From: Squalus acanthias
Lineage: Eukaryota
Direction: 5' to 3'
Length of the DNA stretch: 64,000 nt
Assembly (NCBI GenBank): GCA_030390025.1
Contig: CM059431.1
Span: 157,668,001-157,732,000, forward strand
In this document: positions 50,327-61,099 of the stretch, piece by piece
Layout: each line of letters starts with the position of its first letter
Numbering within the stretch: position 1 is the first letter of the stretch
Notes under the pieces: model-generated
What the model saw: only the letters and a program-made list of their open reading frames with translations
The model's database searches: none
What the model was told of the DNA's origin: nothing
Made by a program: the position numbers and the translations under genes

Positions 50327-50327
50327 T
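50029..50327 (-). repeat. Four 76-bp GC-rich monomers at the CR1 5' end
   Basis: Unit cctacctggtcgctgccgccttttaccgcc..ccaggtccgccgcctctgtggg starts at 50029, 50105, 50181 and 50257. Confidence 0.92.
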
Positions 50328-51041
50328 GGGCCCAGTGAGATCAAACAGTTTGTCGCCCGGGGAGGATGGGCCCAGTGAAATCACACAGTGTGTAACCCGG
50401 GGAGGATTGGTCCAGTGATATCAGCTAGTGTGTAACCCATTGAGGATGTGCCCAGCGGTATCAGACAGTGTGTAACCCGGGAAGGATCGGCCCAGTGAGA
50501 TCGGATAGTATGTAAAGCGGGGAGGATGGGCCCACTGATATCAGAGAGTGTGTAACCCGGGGAGGATGTTCAAAGTAAGATCATACAGTGTGTAATCCGG
50601 GGAGGATGGGCCCAGTGAGATCAGACAGTGTATGACCCAAGGAGGATAGGCCCAGTGAGATCAGACACTCTGTAACCCGGGGAGGATGGTTCCAGTGAGC
50701 TCAGACAGCGTTAAACACGGGGAGAATGGGCCCAGTGAGATCAGACTTTATGTAACCAGGGGTGGATGGTTCCAGTGAGATCAGACAGTGTGTAACCTTT
50801 GGATGATGGGCCCAGTGAGATTTGACAGTGTGTCACCAGGGGAGGATGGGCCCAGTGAGATCAGGCAGTGTGTAATCCGGGGATGCTGGGCCAAGTGAGA
50901 TCAGACAGTGTCTAACCCGGGGAGGATGGTCCCAGTGAGATCAGACAGTGTGTAACCCGGGGATGATGGGTCCAGTACTAGCAAACCGTGTGTTACCTCT
51001 GAATGAAAGCCCCAGTGACATCAGGAAGCTTCGGTTTGCCA

Positions 51042-51192
51042 TCTGATATCAGTGGGCCCATCCTCCCCGAGTTACATACTATCCGATCTCACTGGGCCGA
51101 TCCTCCCCGGGTTACACACTGTCTGATACCACTGGCTACATCCTCAACGGGTTACACACTAACTGATCTCACTGGACCCATCCTCCCCGGTT
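51042..51192 (-). repeat. Inverted block of the 40-bp satellite
   Basis: Reverse complement resembles 50397-50545. Confidence 0.88.
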
Positions 51193-51403
51193 TGCATAAA
51201 GCACAGAGTAAATTGTACATTTCCATCCAGAAATTTGTTGATTTGCTGGAAGCCCAGGCGGGCATGTCAGGGATCTATGAAAAGGGACAAAATCAGACAG
51301 AAATTCTCGCACCCAAACTTTTATTTTTATTAGGCAGAAGAAAAGTCTACATTACATTACTTCACACTATTCACACTGTTATTTTCTGTCCTGCCATAAT
51401 TAG

Positions 51404-51569
51404 ATCTCCCGGTGAATGACTGAGTGATTGAGGAAGGTCCACAGCTGAGAGTAAACAGGGATTGTAGACTGAGGAACGACAGCAGCTGAACCAACAGAGG
51501 ATTGTGTGAGCACAAACCAGAAAGAACCCTTCCGATTCAAAGACTCCCAGAGATCGACTGGGGAAAAAG
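51404..51569 (+). other. Candidate 5'UTR exon of the downstream gene
   Basis: Non-repeat island with acceptor ttattttctgtcctgccataattag| and donor AAG|gtaata. Confidence 0.4.
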
Positions 51570-52519
51570 GTAATAGAGAGTCCCATTGACTCAGATAAAC
51601 ACTGGTCCTGGAGATGGACTGGGGAGAAAGGTCAGAGAGTGTCCCATTAACTCAGATACACACTGGTCCAGGAGATGGACCGGGAGAAACGTAAGAGAGA
51701 GAGTCCCATTGACTCAGATACAAACTGGTCCTGGAGATGGACTGGTGAGAAAGGTCAGAGAGAGTCCCATTGACTCAGATACACACTGGTCCTGGAGATG
51801 GACTGGGGTGTGTGGATGAGGGTCGCGCAGTTGATGTAGTCTACATGGACTTCAATAAGGCATTGGACAAAGTCCCGCAATGGAGACTGGTCAAGTAGGT
51901 AAGAGCCCATGGGATCCAGGGCAATTTGGCACATTGGATCCAAAATTGGCTTAGTGTCAGGAGGCAGAGGGTGATTGTCCAAGGTTGTTTTTGTGACTGG
52001 AAGCCTGTGTCCAGTGGTGTAACGCAGGGATCGGTGCTGGGTCCCTTGCTGTTTGTAGTGTACATTAATGATTTAGATATGAATGTGGGAAATATGATCA
52101 GTAAGTTCGCAGATGACACGAAAATTGGTGGAGTGGTAAATAGCGAAGAGTGTAGCCTTAGGCTACAGGACGATATAGATAGGTTGGTTAGATGGGCAGA
52201 GCAGTTGGACATGGAATTTAACTCTGAAAAGTGTGAGTTGATGAATTTTGAGAGGAGTAACAAGGCAAGGGAATACACAATGAATGGTAAGACCCGAGGA
52301 AGGACAGAGGATCAGTGGGACCTTGGTGTGCATGTACATAGATCCCACAAGGCAGCAGGACAGGCAGATAAGGTGGTTAAAGAGGCATATGGGGAACATT
52401 CCTTCTTTAGCCGAGGCATAGAATTTAAGGGTCATGATGCGGAGATGCCGGTGTTGGACTGGGGTGGACAAAAATGAGAAGTCGCACAACACCAGGTTAT
52501 AGTCCAACAGTTTTATTTG

Positions 52520-52566
52520 AGATCACAAGCTTTCGGAGCTTACGTGGCCCCTTCCTCAGGTGAAGT
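52520..52566 (-). ncRNA. Hammerhead ribozyme, left arm
   Basis: Reverse strand reads tcac-CTGAGGA-aggggccacgtaagctcc-GAAA-gctt-gtga. Confidence 0.85.
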
Positions 52567-54691
52567 AAAGAAATACAGACTCGACAAAGCATATATAGAT
52601 AGAGAACAATGCATGTGTAACTTACAATGGCAGACGACTACATTTAAATCATCCTGACTGTTTATCTGCCGAGGTGTAACAAAACGCAATCAGGTCAGCC
52701 AGGAAGGTACCACATCAAAGACATAGCAAGATACAACTGAGACAATGAGGTGGAGTCACAGGGGGTCTAATGTGTCAAAAGCCGCAGTCGGTATGGGAAA
52801 CGATAAACTGTAACATTTTTACTTTTTTACTGGGAATCACATCTGTGGACAAGCCAACGACGACTCGAGTCTGGATCACGTCATGTATCGTGACATAAAC
52901 CCAAGATCCCGGTTGAGGCCGTCCTCATGAGTGCAGAACTTGGCTATCAGTTTCTGCTCGATGATTTTGCGTTGTCGTGTGTTTCTAAGGCCGCCTTGGA
53001 GAACGCTTACCCGCAGATCCGAGGCTGAATGTCCTTGACTGCTGAAGTGTTCCCCGACTGGGAGGGAACACTCCTGCCTGGTGATTGTTGCGCGGTGTCC
53101 GTTCATACATTGTCTCAGTGTCTGCATGGTCTCGCCGATGTACCATGCCGCGGTGCATTCTTTCCTGCAACGTATGAGGTAGACAACGTTGGCCGAATCA
53201 CATGAGTATGTACCATGTACCTGGTGGGTAGTGTCCTCACATGTGATGATGGTATCTGTGTTGATGATCTGGCATGTCTTGCAGAGGTTGCCGTGGCAGG
53301 GTTGTGTGGTGTCGTGGTCGCTGTTATCCTGAAAGCTGGGTAATTTGCTGCGAACGATGGTACTTCTGAGGTTAGGCGGCTGTTTGAAGGCAAGTAGTGG
53401 AGGCGTGGGGATGGCCTTAGCGAGGTGTTCGTCGTCATCGATGACATGTTGGAGGCTGCGAAGAACATGGCGTAGTTTCTCCACTCCGGGGAAGTACTGG
53501 ACGACGTAGGGTACCCTGTTGTTTGTGTCCCATGTTTGCCTTCTGAGGAGGTCTACGCGATTTTTCGCTGTGGCCCGTCGGAACTGTCGATCGATGAGTC
53601 GAGCGTCATATCCCGTTCTTATGAGGGCGTCCTCGTAAGAACGGGATATGACGCTCGACTCATCGATCGACAGTTCCGACGGGCCACAGCGAAAAATCGC
53701 ATAGACCTCCTCAGAAGGCAAACACGGGACACAACCAACAGGGTACCCTACGTCGTCCAGTACTTCCCCGGAGCGGAGAAACTATGCCATGTTCTTCGCA
53801 GCCTCCAACATGTCATCGATGACGACGAACACCTCGCTAAGGCCATCCCTACGCCTCCACTACTTGCCTTCAAACAGCCGCCTAACCTCAGAAGTATCAT
53901 CGTTCGCAGCAAATTACCCAGCTTTCAGGATAACAGCGACCACGACACCACACAACCCTGCAACGGCAACCTCTGCAAGACATGCCAGATCATCAACACA
54001 GATACCATCATCACACGTGAGGACACTACCCACCAGGTACATGGTACATACTCATGTGACTCGGCCAACATTGTCTACCTCATACGTTGCAGGAAAGAAT
54101 GCACCACGGCATGGTACATCGGCGAGACCATGCAGACACTGAGACAACGTATGAACGGACACAGCACAGCAATCACCAGGCAGGAGTGTTCCCTCCCAGT
54201 CGGGGAACACTTCAGCAGTCAAGGACATTCAGCCTCGGATCTGCGGGTAAGCGTTCTCCAAGGCAGCCTTAGAAACACACGACAACGCAAAATCATCGAG
54301 CAGAAACTGATAGCCAAGTTCCGCACTCATGAGGACGGCCTCAACCGGGATCTTGGGTTTATGTCACGATACATGACGTGATCCAGACTCGAGTTGTCGT
54401 TGGCTTGTTCACAGATGTGATTCCCAGTAAAAAAGTAAAAATTTTACAGTTTATCGTTTCCCATACCGACTGTGGCTTTTGACACATTGGACCCCCTGTG
54501 ACTCCACCTCATTGTCTCAGTTGTATCTTGCTATGTCTTTGATGTGGTACCTTCCTGGCTGACCTGATTGCCTTTTGTCACACATCGGCAGATAAACAGT
54601 CAGGATGATTTAAATGTCGTCATCTATCATTGTAAGTTACACATGCATTGTTCTCTATCTATATATGCTTTGTCGATGCTGTATTTCTTTA

Positions 54692-54738
54692 CTTCACCTG
54701 AGGAAGGGGCCACGTAAGCTCCGAAAGCTTGTGATTTC
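54692..54738 (+). ncRNA. Hammerhead ribozyme, right arm
   Basis: tcac-CTGAGGA-aggggccacgtaagctcc-GAAA-gctt-gtga. Confidence 0.85.
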
Positions 54739-55979
54739 AAATAAAACTGTTGGACTATAACCTGGTGTTGTGCGACTTCTCATAGAATTTAAGAGCAGGG
54801 AAGTTATGATGGAGCTGTACAAAACGCTAATTAGGCCACAGATGGAATACTGTGTGCAGTTCTGGTCGCCACACTATAGGAAGGATGTAATTGCATTGGA
54901 GAGGGTGCAGAGGAGATTCACCAGGCTTTTACCTGGACTGGAGCGCTTCAGCTATGAAGAGAGACTGGACAGGCTGGGGTTGTTTTCCTTAGAGCAGAGA
55001 AGGCTGAGGGGGGACCTGATTGAGTTTTACAAAATTAAGAGGAGCATGGATGGGGTAGATAGCAAGGAACTGTTCCCCTTAGTAGAGGGGTCAATAACCA
55101 GGGGGCATAGTTTCAAGATAAGAGATAGGAGGTTTTGAGGGGATTTGAGGAAAAACTTTTTCAGCCAAAGGTTGGTTGGAATCTGGAACTCACTGCCTGA
55201 AAAGGTGGTAGAGGCAGGAACCCTCACAACATTCAAGAAGCATTTAGATGAGCACTTGAAACGCCATAGCATACAAGGCTAGGGACCAAGTGCTGGAAAA
55301 TGGAATTAGAAGAGACAGGGCTTGATGGCCGGCGCGGACACGATTGGCCGAAGGGCCTCTTCCTGTGCTGTATAATTCTATGACTCTATGACTCTATAAA
55401 GGTCAGAGAGAGTCCCATTGACTCAGATACACACTGGTCCCGGAGATGGACTGGGGAGAACGGTCAGAGATTGTTCAATTGACTCAGATTCACACTGGTC
55501 CTGGAGATGGACTGGGGAGAAAGGTCAGAGAGAGTCCCATTGACTCAGATATACACTGGTCCTGGAGATGGACTGGGGAGAAAGGTCAGAGAGAGTCCCG
55601 TTGACTCAGATACACACTGGTGCTGCAGATGGACCGGGGAGAAAGGTCAGAGAGAGTCCCATTGACTCAGATACATACTGGTCCTGGAGATGGTCCTGGG
55701 GGAAAGGTCAGAGAGAGTCCTATTGACTAAGATACACACTGGTCCTGTAGATGGACTGGGGAGAAAGGTCAGAGAGAATCCCATTGGCTCAGATACACAC
55801 TGGTCCTGGAGATGGTCCTGGGGGAAAGGTCAGAGAGAGTCCCATTGATTCAGATACACACTGGTCCTGGAGATGGTCCTGGGGGAAAGGTCAGAGAGAA
55901 TCCTATTAACTAAGATACACACTGGTCCTGGAGATGGACTGGGGAGAAAGGTCAGAGAGAATCCCATTGACTCAGATGA

Positions 55980-58900
55980 TACCCTCCACACTATTACTGC
56001 AAATTTGGTTTGCCCAGTCTATATGTAGATTAAAGTCCCCCATGATTATTGTATTACCCTTGCTACATGCGCCTCTAATTTCCTGATTCATACTCTGCCC
56101 TATATTACAACTACTATTTAGGGGCGTATAAACAACTCCCACCAATGTTTTCTCCCCCTTGCTGTTTCTTCGCTCAACCTAAACCGATTATTCTACTTGT
56201 TTTTCGGAGCTATGTTCCTTTTTCTCTACTGTCTTTATCCAATTCTTTATCGATACGGAGACCAAAACTGTGCACGGTACTCCGGGTGTGGTCTCAACAA
56301 AGCCCTGTACAATTGTAGCAAGACTTCCTTACTGTTTAACTCTAACCCACTTGCAATAATGTCCAACATGCCATCGCCTGCCTAATTGCTTGCTGTACCT
56401 GCATGCTAACTTTGTTTCCTGTACGAGAACATCTAAATCTCTCTGAACACCAACATTTAATGATTTTTCACTTTTTAAAAAAGGTTATGTTTTTCTGTTC
56501 TTCCTACTAAAGTGAATAACCTCACATTTCCTCACATTATATTCCATCTGTCATCTTATTGCCCACAAAGTTAACCTGCCCATATCCATGTGCAGGCTCG
56601 TTGTGTCCTCCTCATAGCTTACTATTCCAGCTAGCTTTGTATCATAAGCAAACCTGGAAACATTGCACTCGGTCCCTTCATCTAAGTCATTAATATAGAT
56701 TGTAAATAGCAGAGGCCCGAGCACTGATCCTTGTGGCACCCTACTAGTTACATCCTGTCAAGCTGAAAATGACCTGTTTATCCCTACTCTTTATTTTCTG
56801 TTAGTTAACCAATCCTCTATTGATGCTAATAGCGTCATAGCTTCACAGAAGGAGACCATTCGACCCATCGAGCCCGCGCAAGCTCTCTGTAGAGCAATCC
56901 AGTCCTTCCCATTCCCCCGCTCTATCCCCGTAGCCCTGCAAGTTTATTTCCCTCAAGTGCCTAACCTGTCTCCGCTTGAAAATATTGAGTGTGTCTGCCT
57001 CCACCGCTTCCGGTGGCAATGAGTTCCAGGTCCTCACCACTCTGCCTGATCATATTATGATATTCTAAGTGCCCTCTTACCCCTCCCTTAAAAAGGGATT
57101 CCAGCATTTTTCCGACGTCAGGCTCACTGACCTGTTGTTCCATGCTTTCTCTCTTCCCCCTTTTTTGAATAGCGGGGTTACATTTGCGACCTTCCAATCC
57201 GCTGGGACCATTCCAGAATCAAGGGAATTTTGGAAGATCAAACCCAATGCATCCACTATCTCTTCAGCCACCTCTTTCAGAACCCTAGGATGTAGGCCGT
57301 CAGGTCCAGGGGATTTGTCGGCTTTTAGTCCCATTAGTTTCTCTAGTACTTTTTCTCTACATTAATTAATTACGTTAAGTTCCTCACCCTCATTAGACCC
57401 TTGGTTCTCCACCATTTTTGGTATGCTTTTTGTGTCTTCTACTGTGAAGACAGATACAAAATATTTGTTTAACTTTTCTGCCATTTCCTTATGCCCCATA
57501 ATAATTTATCCTGTCTTAGCCTCTAAGGGACCAACGTGTACTTGTGCTACACTTTTCCTTTTTACATACTCTGACAATCTGCTTTTATATTTCTTGCTAG
57601 ATTTCTTTCATTCTATTTTTTCCCTTTTTTACAAATTTTTGGTCAACCTTTGCTGGTTTCTGAAACTCTCCAAATCCTCAGGCTTACTATTATTCTTTGC
57701 AACATTATAAGCTTCTTTTGTCAATCTAATACTATCCTTAACTTCTTTAGTTAGCCACGGTTGAATCATTTTTCACCTGGAGTTTTTGTTTCCCAATGGA
57801 ATGTATTTTTGTTGAAAATTGAAATATTTCTTTAAATGCTAGCCACTGCTTATCTACCGCCACATCTTTTTAATCTATTTTTCCAATCTACCTTAGCTAA
57901 CTCGCCCCTCATACCTATATAATTGGCTTTATTTAAGTTTAAGTCTCTAGATTCGGACTTAGGCAAGTCACTCTCAAATTTAATGTAAAATTCTATCATA
58001 TTATGATCACTCTGCCCCAGAGTATCCTTTACTATGAGTTTGCTAATTAACCCTGTCTCATTACACAATACAACATCTAAAATAACCTGTCCCCTGGTTG
58101 GTTCCATGACACATTGTTCTGGAAACTGTCCCGAATGCATTCGTCCTCCAGACTACCTTTGCCTATTTGATTTGTCCAGTCTATATGAAGATTAAAGTAC
58201 CCCAAGATTATTGCATTACCTTTGTTGCAAGCTCCTACTATTTCTTGATTAATATTCTGTTCAATGGTATAGCTACTGTTGGTGGCCTATATACTACTCC
58301 TACCAGTGTTTTCTGCCCCTTGTTATTCCTTATCTCCACCCATACTGATTCTACTTCCTGATCTTCTGAGTTGAGATCCTTTCTCGCTACTGTCCTTATG
58401 GCATCCTTTATTATCAGGGCTACTCCCCCTCCTTAACCATTCTGCCTGACTTTTTGAAACGTTATGTACCCTGGAACATTTACTTCCCAACTTCGGCCGC
58501 TTTGCAACCATGTCTCTGCAATGGCTATTAGATCAAACCTATTTATCTCTATTTGTGCCACTAGGTAACCTATCTGTATACGAATACTTCGTGCATTCAG
58601 ATAAAGAGCATTTAATTCTTTTTTTTAACCATTATTCCCTGCTTTGACCTTATTCTCTGCTGCACTGCTACCATTAAACTCTCTGTCGCTTCCTGTCACA
58701 CTCTGCTTATTTTTACCCAAATCGCTACACTGCTCTATTGCCTTGACCTTTCTCTTTAAATGTATACATTTCCCCTCACCTGACCCCCCCTTTTTTTAGT
58801 TTAAAGCCCTATCTAATGCCTTATTTACTGTCCCCTACTACTACCAAAATCCTTCCTTCTCCCCCCACTTGGATGGCCCCCTGTACCGCAGTGCCGTGGT
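55980..58900 (-). mobile_element. Mosaic of degraded CR1 fragments (endonuclease, RT, 3' tail, ORF1 remnant)
   Basis: PQGSVLGP (56551-56739), KSPGPDGLHPRVLKE (57077-57334), SDHNMIEF (57850-58140); 3' tail at 56832-57040. Confidence 0.9.
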
Positions 58901-59089
58901 ACCACAATGGGAATTTTTAACATGGAGATGTGAGATTAAACAAAAAAGTATTGAAGAGGATAATTATCCAGCTGGTTAATGCTGGTTCATTATTGTGGGT
59001 ATTATTTCTCGAGTCTGTAAGAACATTTGGTGCAGAGAATATGGGATGGGTTTTGGATTATGCTTTACTTCAAATAGCTTTTAAATATT

Positions 59090-59238
59090 AAAGCAAAATA
59101 CTGCGAATGCTGGAAATCTGAAATAAAAACAAAAACTGCTGGAAATACTCAGCAGGTTAAACAGCATGTGGAGAGAGAAACAGATTTAACGTTTCGGGTT
59201 CTGACGAAAGGTCATTGACCTGAAACGTTAACTCTTTC
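59090..59238. mobile_element. Miniature inverted pLTR of PLE family B with an intact + strand hammerhead core
   Basis: Left arm matches the 15562-15637 pLTR plus a tail; then gtt-CTGACGA-aaggtcattgacct-GAAA-cgtt-aac at ~59198-59233. Confidence 0.8.
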
Positions 59239-59239
59239 T

Positions 59240-60420
59240 GTATCCTTTTCTGAAAGCCTTATCGTCCTGCCTGCCACCTTCAAAGATTTCTGTATGTATA
59301 CCCCAAGTTTTTTCTGTCCCTGCAACCCCTTTAAATTGTACCAGTTAGTTTAAATTGCATCGCCTCATTCTTCTTTCGAAAATGCAGCACTTCACACTTC
59401 TCTGTTTTAAATTACACCTGCCATGTGTCTGCCCATTTCACCAGACTGCCTATTTACTCCTGAAGTCTTCTGCTATCCTCCTCATGGTTTACGACTTTTC
59501 CGAGATTCATGTCATCTACAAACTTTTAAATTATGCTCTGTATAGCTAAGTCCAGGTCACTAAAATATATCAAAAAGAGCAGTGATCCTAATACCGACAC
59601 CTGGGGACACTGTATACATCCCTCCATGTGAAAAATATCGGTTCACAACTACATTCTGCTTTCTGTCCCTTCGCCAATTTAGTATCTACGCTGCCACTTT
59701 TCCTGTAATATCATTGGCTTCAATTTTGTTAACCAGATTATTATGAGGTAGTTTATCAAACGCCTTCTGATAGTCCACATACGCAAAATCAACTGCAGTA
59801 CCTTCATCAACCGTCTCCTATTTCATCGATTAACTCATTCAAGTCAGGCAGACTTGATTTGCCTTTAGAAAAAATCAATTTCCTGTCGCTAATTAACCCA
59901 TTTTCTTCCAAGTGACATGAATTTTGATTTGGATTTTTATCCCTAGAAGCTCCCTCAATACCGATGTAAAGCTGAGTCGCCTGTAGTTAATTGTTTTATC
60001 ACTCTGTCCTTTTTTTGAAGAGGGAAGTAACGTTTGCAACCCTTCAGTCCTCTGGCACCTCTCCCATAACTAAGGATTGGAAGTTTGTGGGAGAGCGGGT
60101 GACTTTTCTACTTTGCGCCTTGCAATCCGTTTTAGTACATCGTCCTAATCTATTGATATCGTCTCCCATTTCTCACCCACCTCCTCCTTTACTGTACGAT
60201 TGGCAGCAGCCTCTTCTTTAGTGAATACGGATGCAAAGTGTTAATTTAGTACCTCAGCCATGTCCGCTGCTTCCACAAGATGATTGCCTTTTTGGTCCCA
60301 AATCGGACCCACCTTTTCTTGGACTATTCTTTCACGGTTTATATGTTTATAAAGGGAGTTAGTGTTCCCTATTACGTTACCGCTAATCATTTCTCATACA
60401 TTCTCCTTGCCCCTCTCTTG
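59240..60420 (-). mobile_element. Old degraded CR1 ORF2 fragments
   Basis: Reverse strand shows DYQKAFDKL-, FVDD- and KCEVLHF-like motifs. Confidence 0.75.
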
Positions 60421-60822
60421 TTGCTGTTGTGTATTTATTACACTAGTGGCAGCATTAGTGAAACAGCAAATTAATGAATTTTACAAAGTCTCAAACTGTT
60501 TATAAATTAACTAAATCGCTATTACATTTCAATGGGGAAAGGAAAGGACGCTGATTGATAGTTTCAATGAACGCACGTGCTCGAGCACACACACAAATGG
60601 AGAATTATGATTGTAAAATAGCAGTCAAATCCACCAGTTGTATATTCATGGTGTTTTCTGAGATCCCAGAGCTAACAGCTGTTGTACTGATGGGGGAGGA
60701 GGGATTTGATATCATGTTTAACAAGGCAGCGTTCTCCTTCTCATTTTAATATTTCTATCAACCCTCCTATTAATATTATATTTGTTACAGAACATCAGAA
60801 TCTGGGAACGCCTGTCACCACC

Positions 60823-60886
60823 ATGGCTGAAGGTCCAAACAGGGGAGAAGATCCAACATCTTCAAAAAGAATGAGAATGGACACTG
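60823..60886 (+). CDS. First coding exon of a probable NACHT/LRR (NLR-family) gene; exon spans 60791-60886
   Basis: Acceptor tttgttacag| at 60790, Kozak caccaccATGG, peptide MAEGPNRGEDPTSSKRMRMDT, phase-1 donor G|gtaggt. NLR identity rests on recalled similarity to shark NLRP3-like N-termini, not on a search. Confidence 0.75.
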
Positions 60887-61099
60887 GTAGGTTCAGAAAA
60901 CACGTTAAAATATAATTTCTGTCCGAAGAAATGTCCAGATCTAATGCATGAACCTGGAGCGCACACAGGAAGAGGGAACAGGACAGGGGCTGAGTACAAA
61001 GAGGGAAGTGAGTGACCATCTAGAGAGACATCGCAGTCACAGGTGGACGGAGCCCTGAGTACTGGAACTGTCCAATAGATACCAGGTATTGGAGATTAT

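Larger units (their letters stand above)
42170..50995 (+). repeat. 40-bp satellite (gaggatgggcccagtgagatcagacagtgtgtaacccggg), interrupted by a mini-PLE (43365-43586) and a CR1 (45738-50326)
   Basis: Direct periodicity in 42170-45737 and 50327-50995; phase is continuous across the insertions. Confidence 0.97.
52430..54780. mobile_element. Head-to-head inverted Penelope-like element (family A): two GIY-YIG+pLTR arms forming a 2.3-kb palindrome
   Basis: Mirror ORFs 52876-53721(-) and 53536-54381(+) with VYLIRC..WYIGET..GLN; axis at 53628/53629; TSD catagaatttaag (52417-52429 and 54781-54793). Confidence 0.97.
51808..55396 (+). mobile_element. CR1 3' segment containing the palindromic PLE
   Basis: ORFs 51926-52477 (GVTQGSVLGP, FADDTK) and 54770-55138; tail (ctatgact)n. 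Confidence 0.93.
51556..55977 (+). repeat. 61-bp tandem repeat (ggtcctggagatggactggggagaaaggtcagagagagtcccattgactcagatacacact), split by CR1 51808-55396
   Basis: About 4 copies in 51556-51807 and about 9.5 copies in 55397-55977. Confidence 0.95.

Noticed and set aside
49844..50418. Arg/Pro-rich antisense ORFs in the CR1 5'UTR
   Set aside because: They are translations of the GC-rich 76-bp monomers.
42170..50995. CRISPR-like arrays (40-, 30- and 61-bp repeats)
   Set aside because: These are head-to-tail repeats without unique spacers, there are no cas genes, and the context is vertebrate.
52474..54783. Palindrome as a sequencing or assembly fold-back artefact
   Set aside because: The arms carry many differences, the tail is one-sided, a TSD is present, and the host CR1 continues correctly on both sides.
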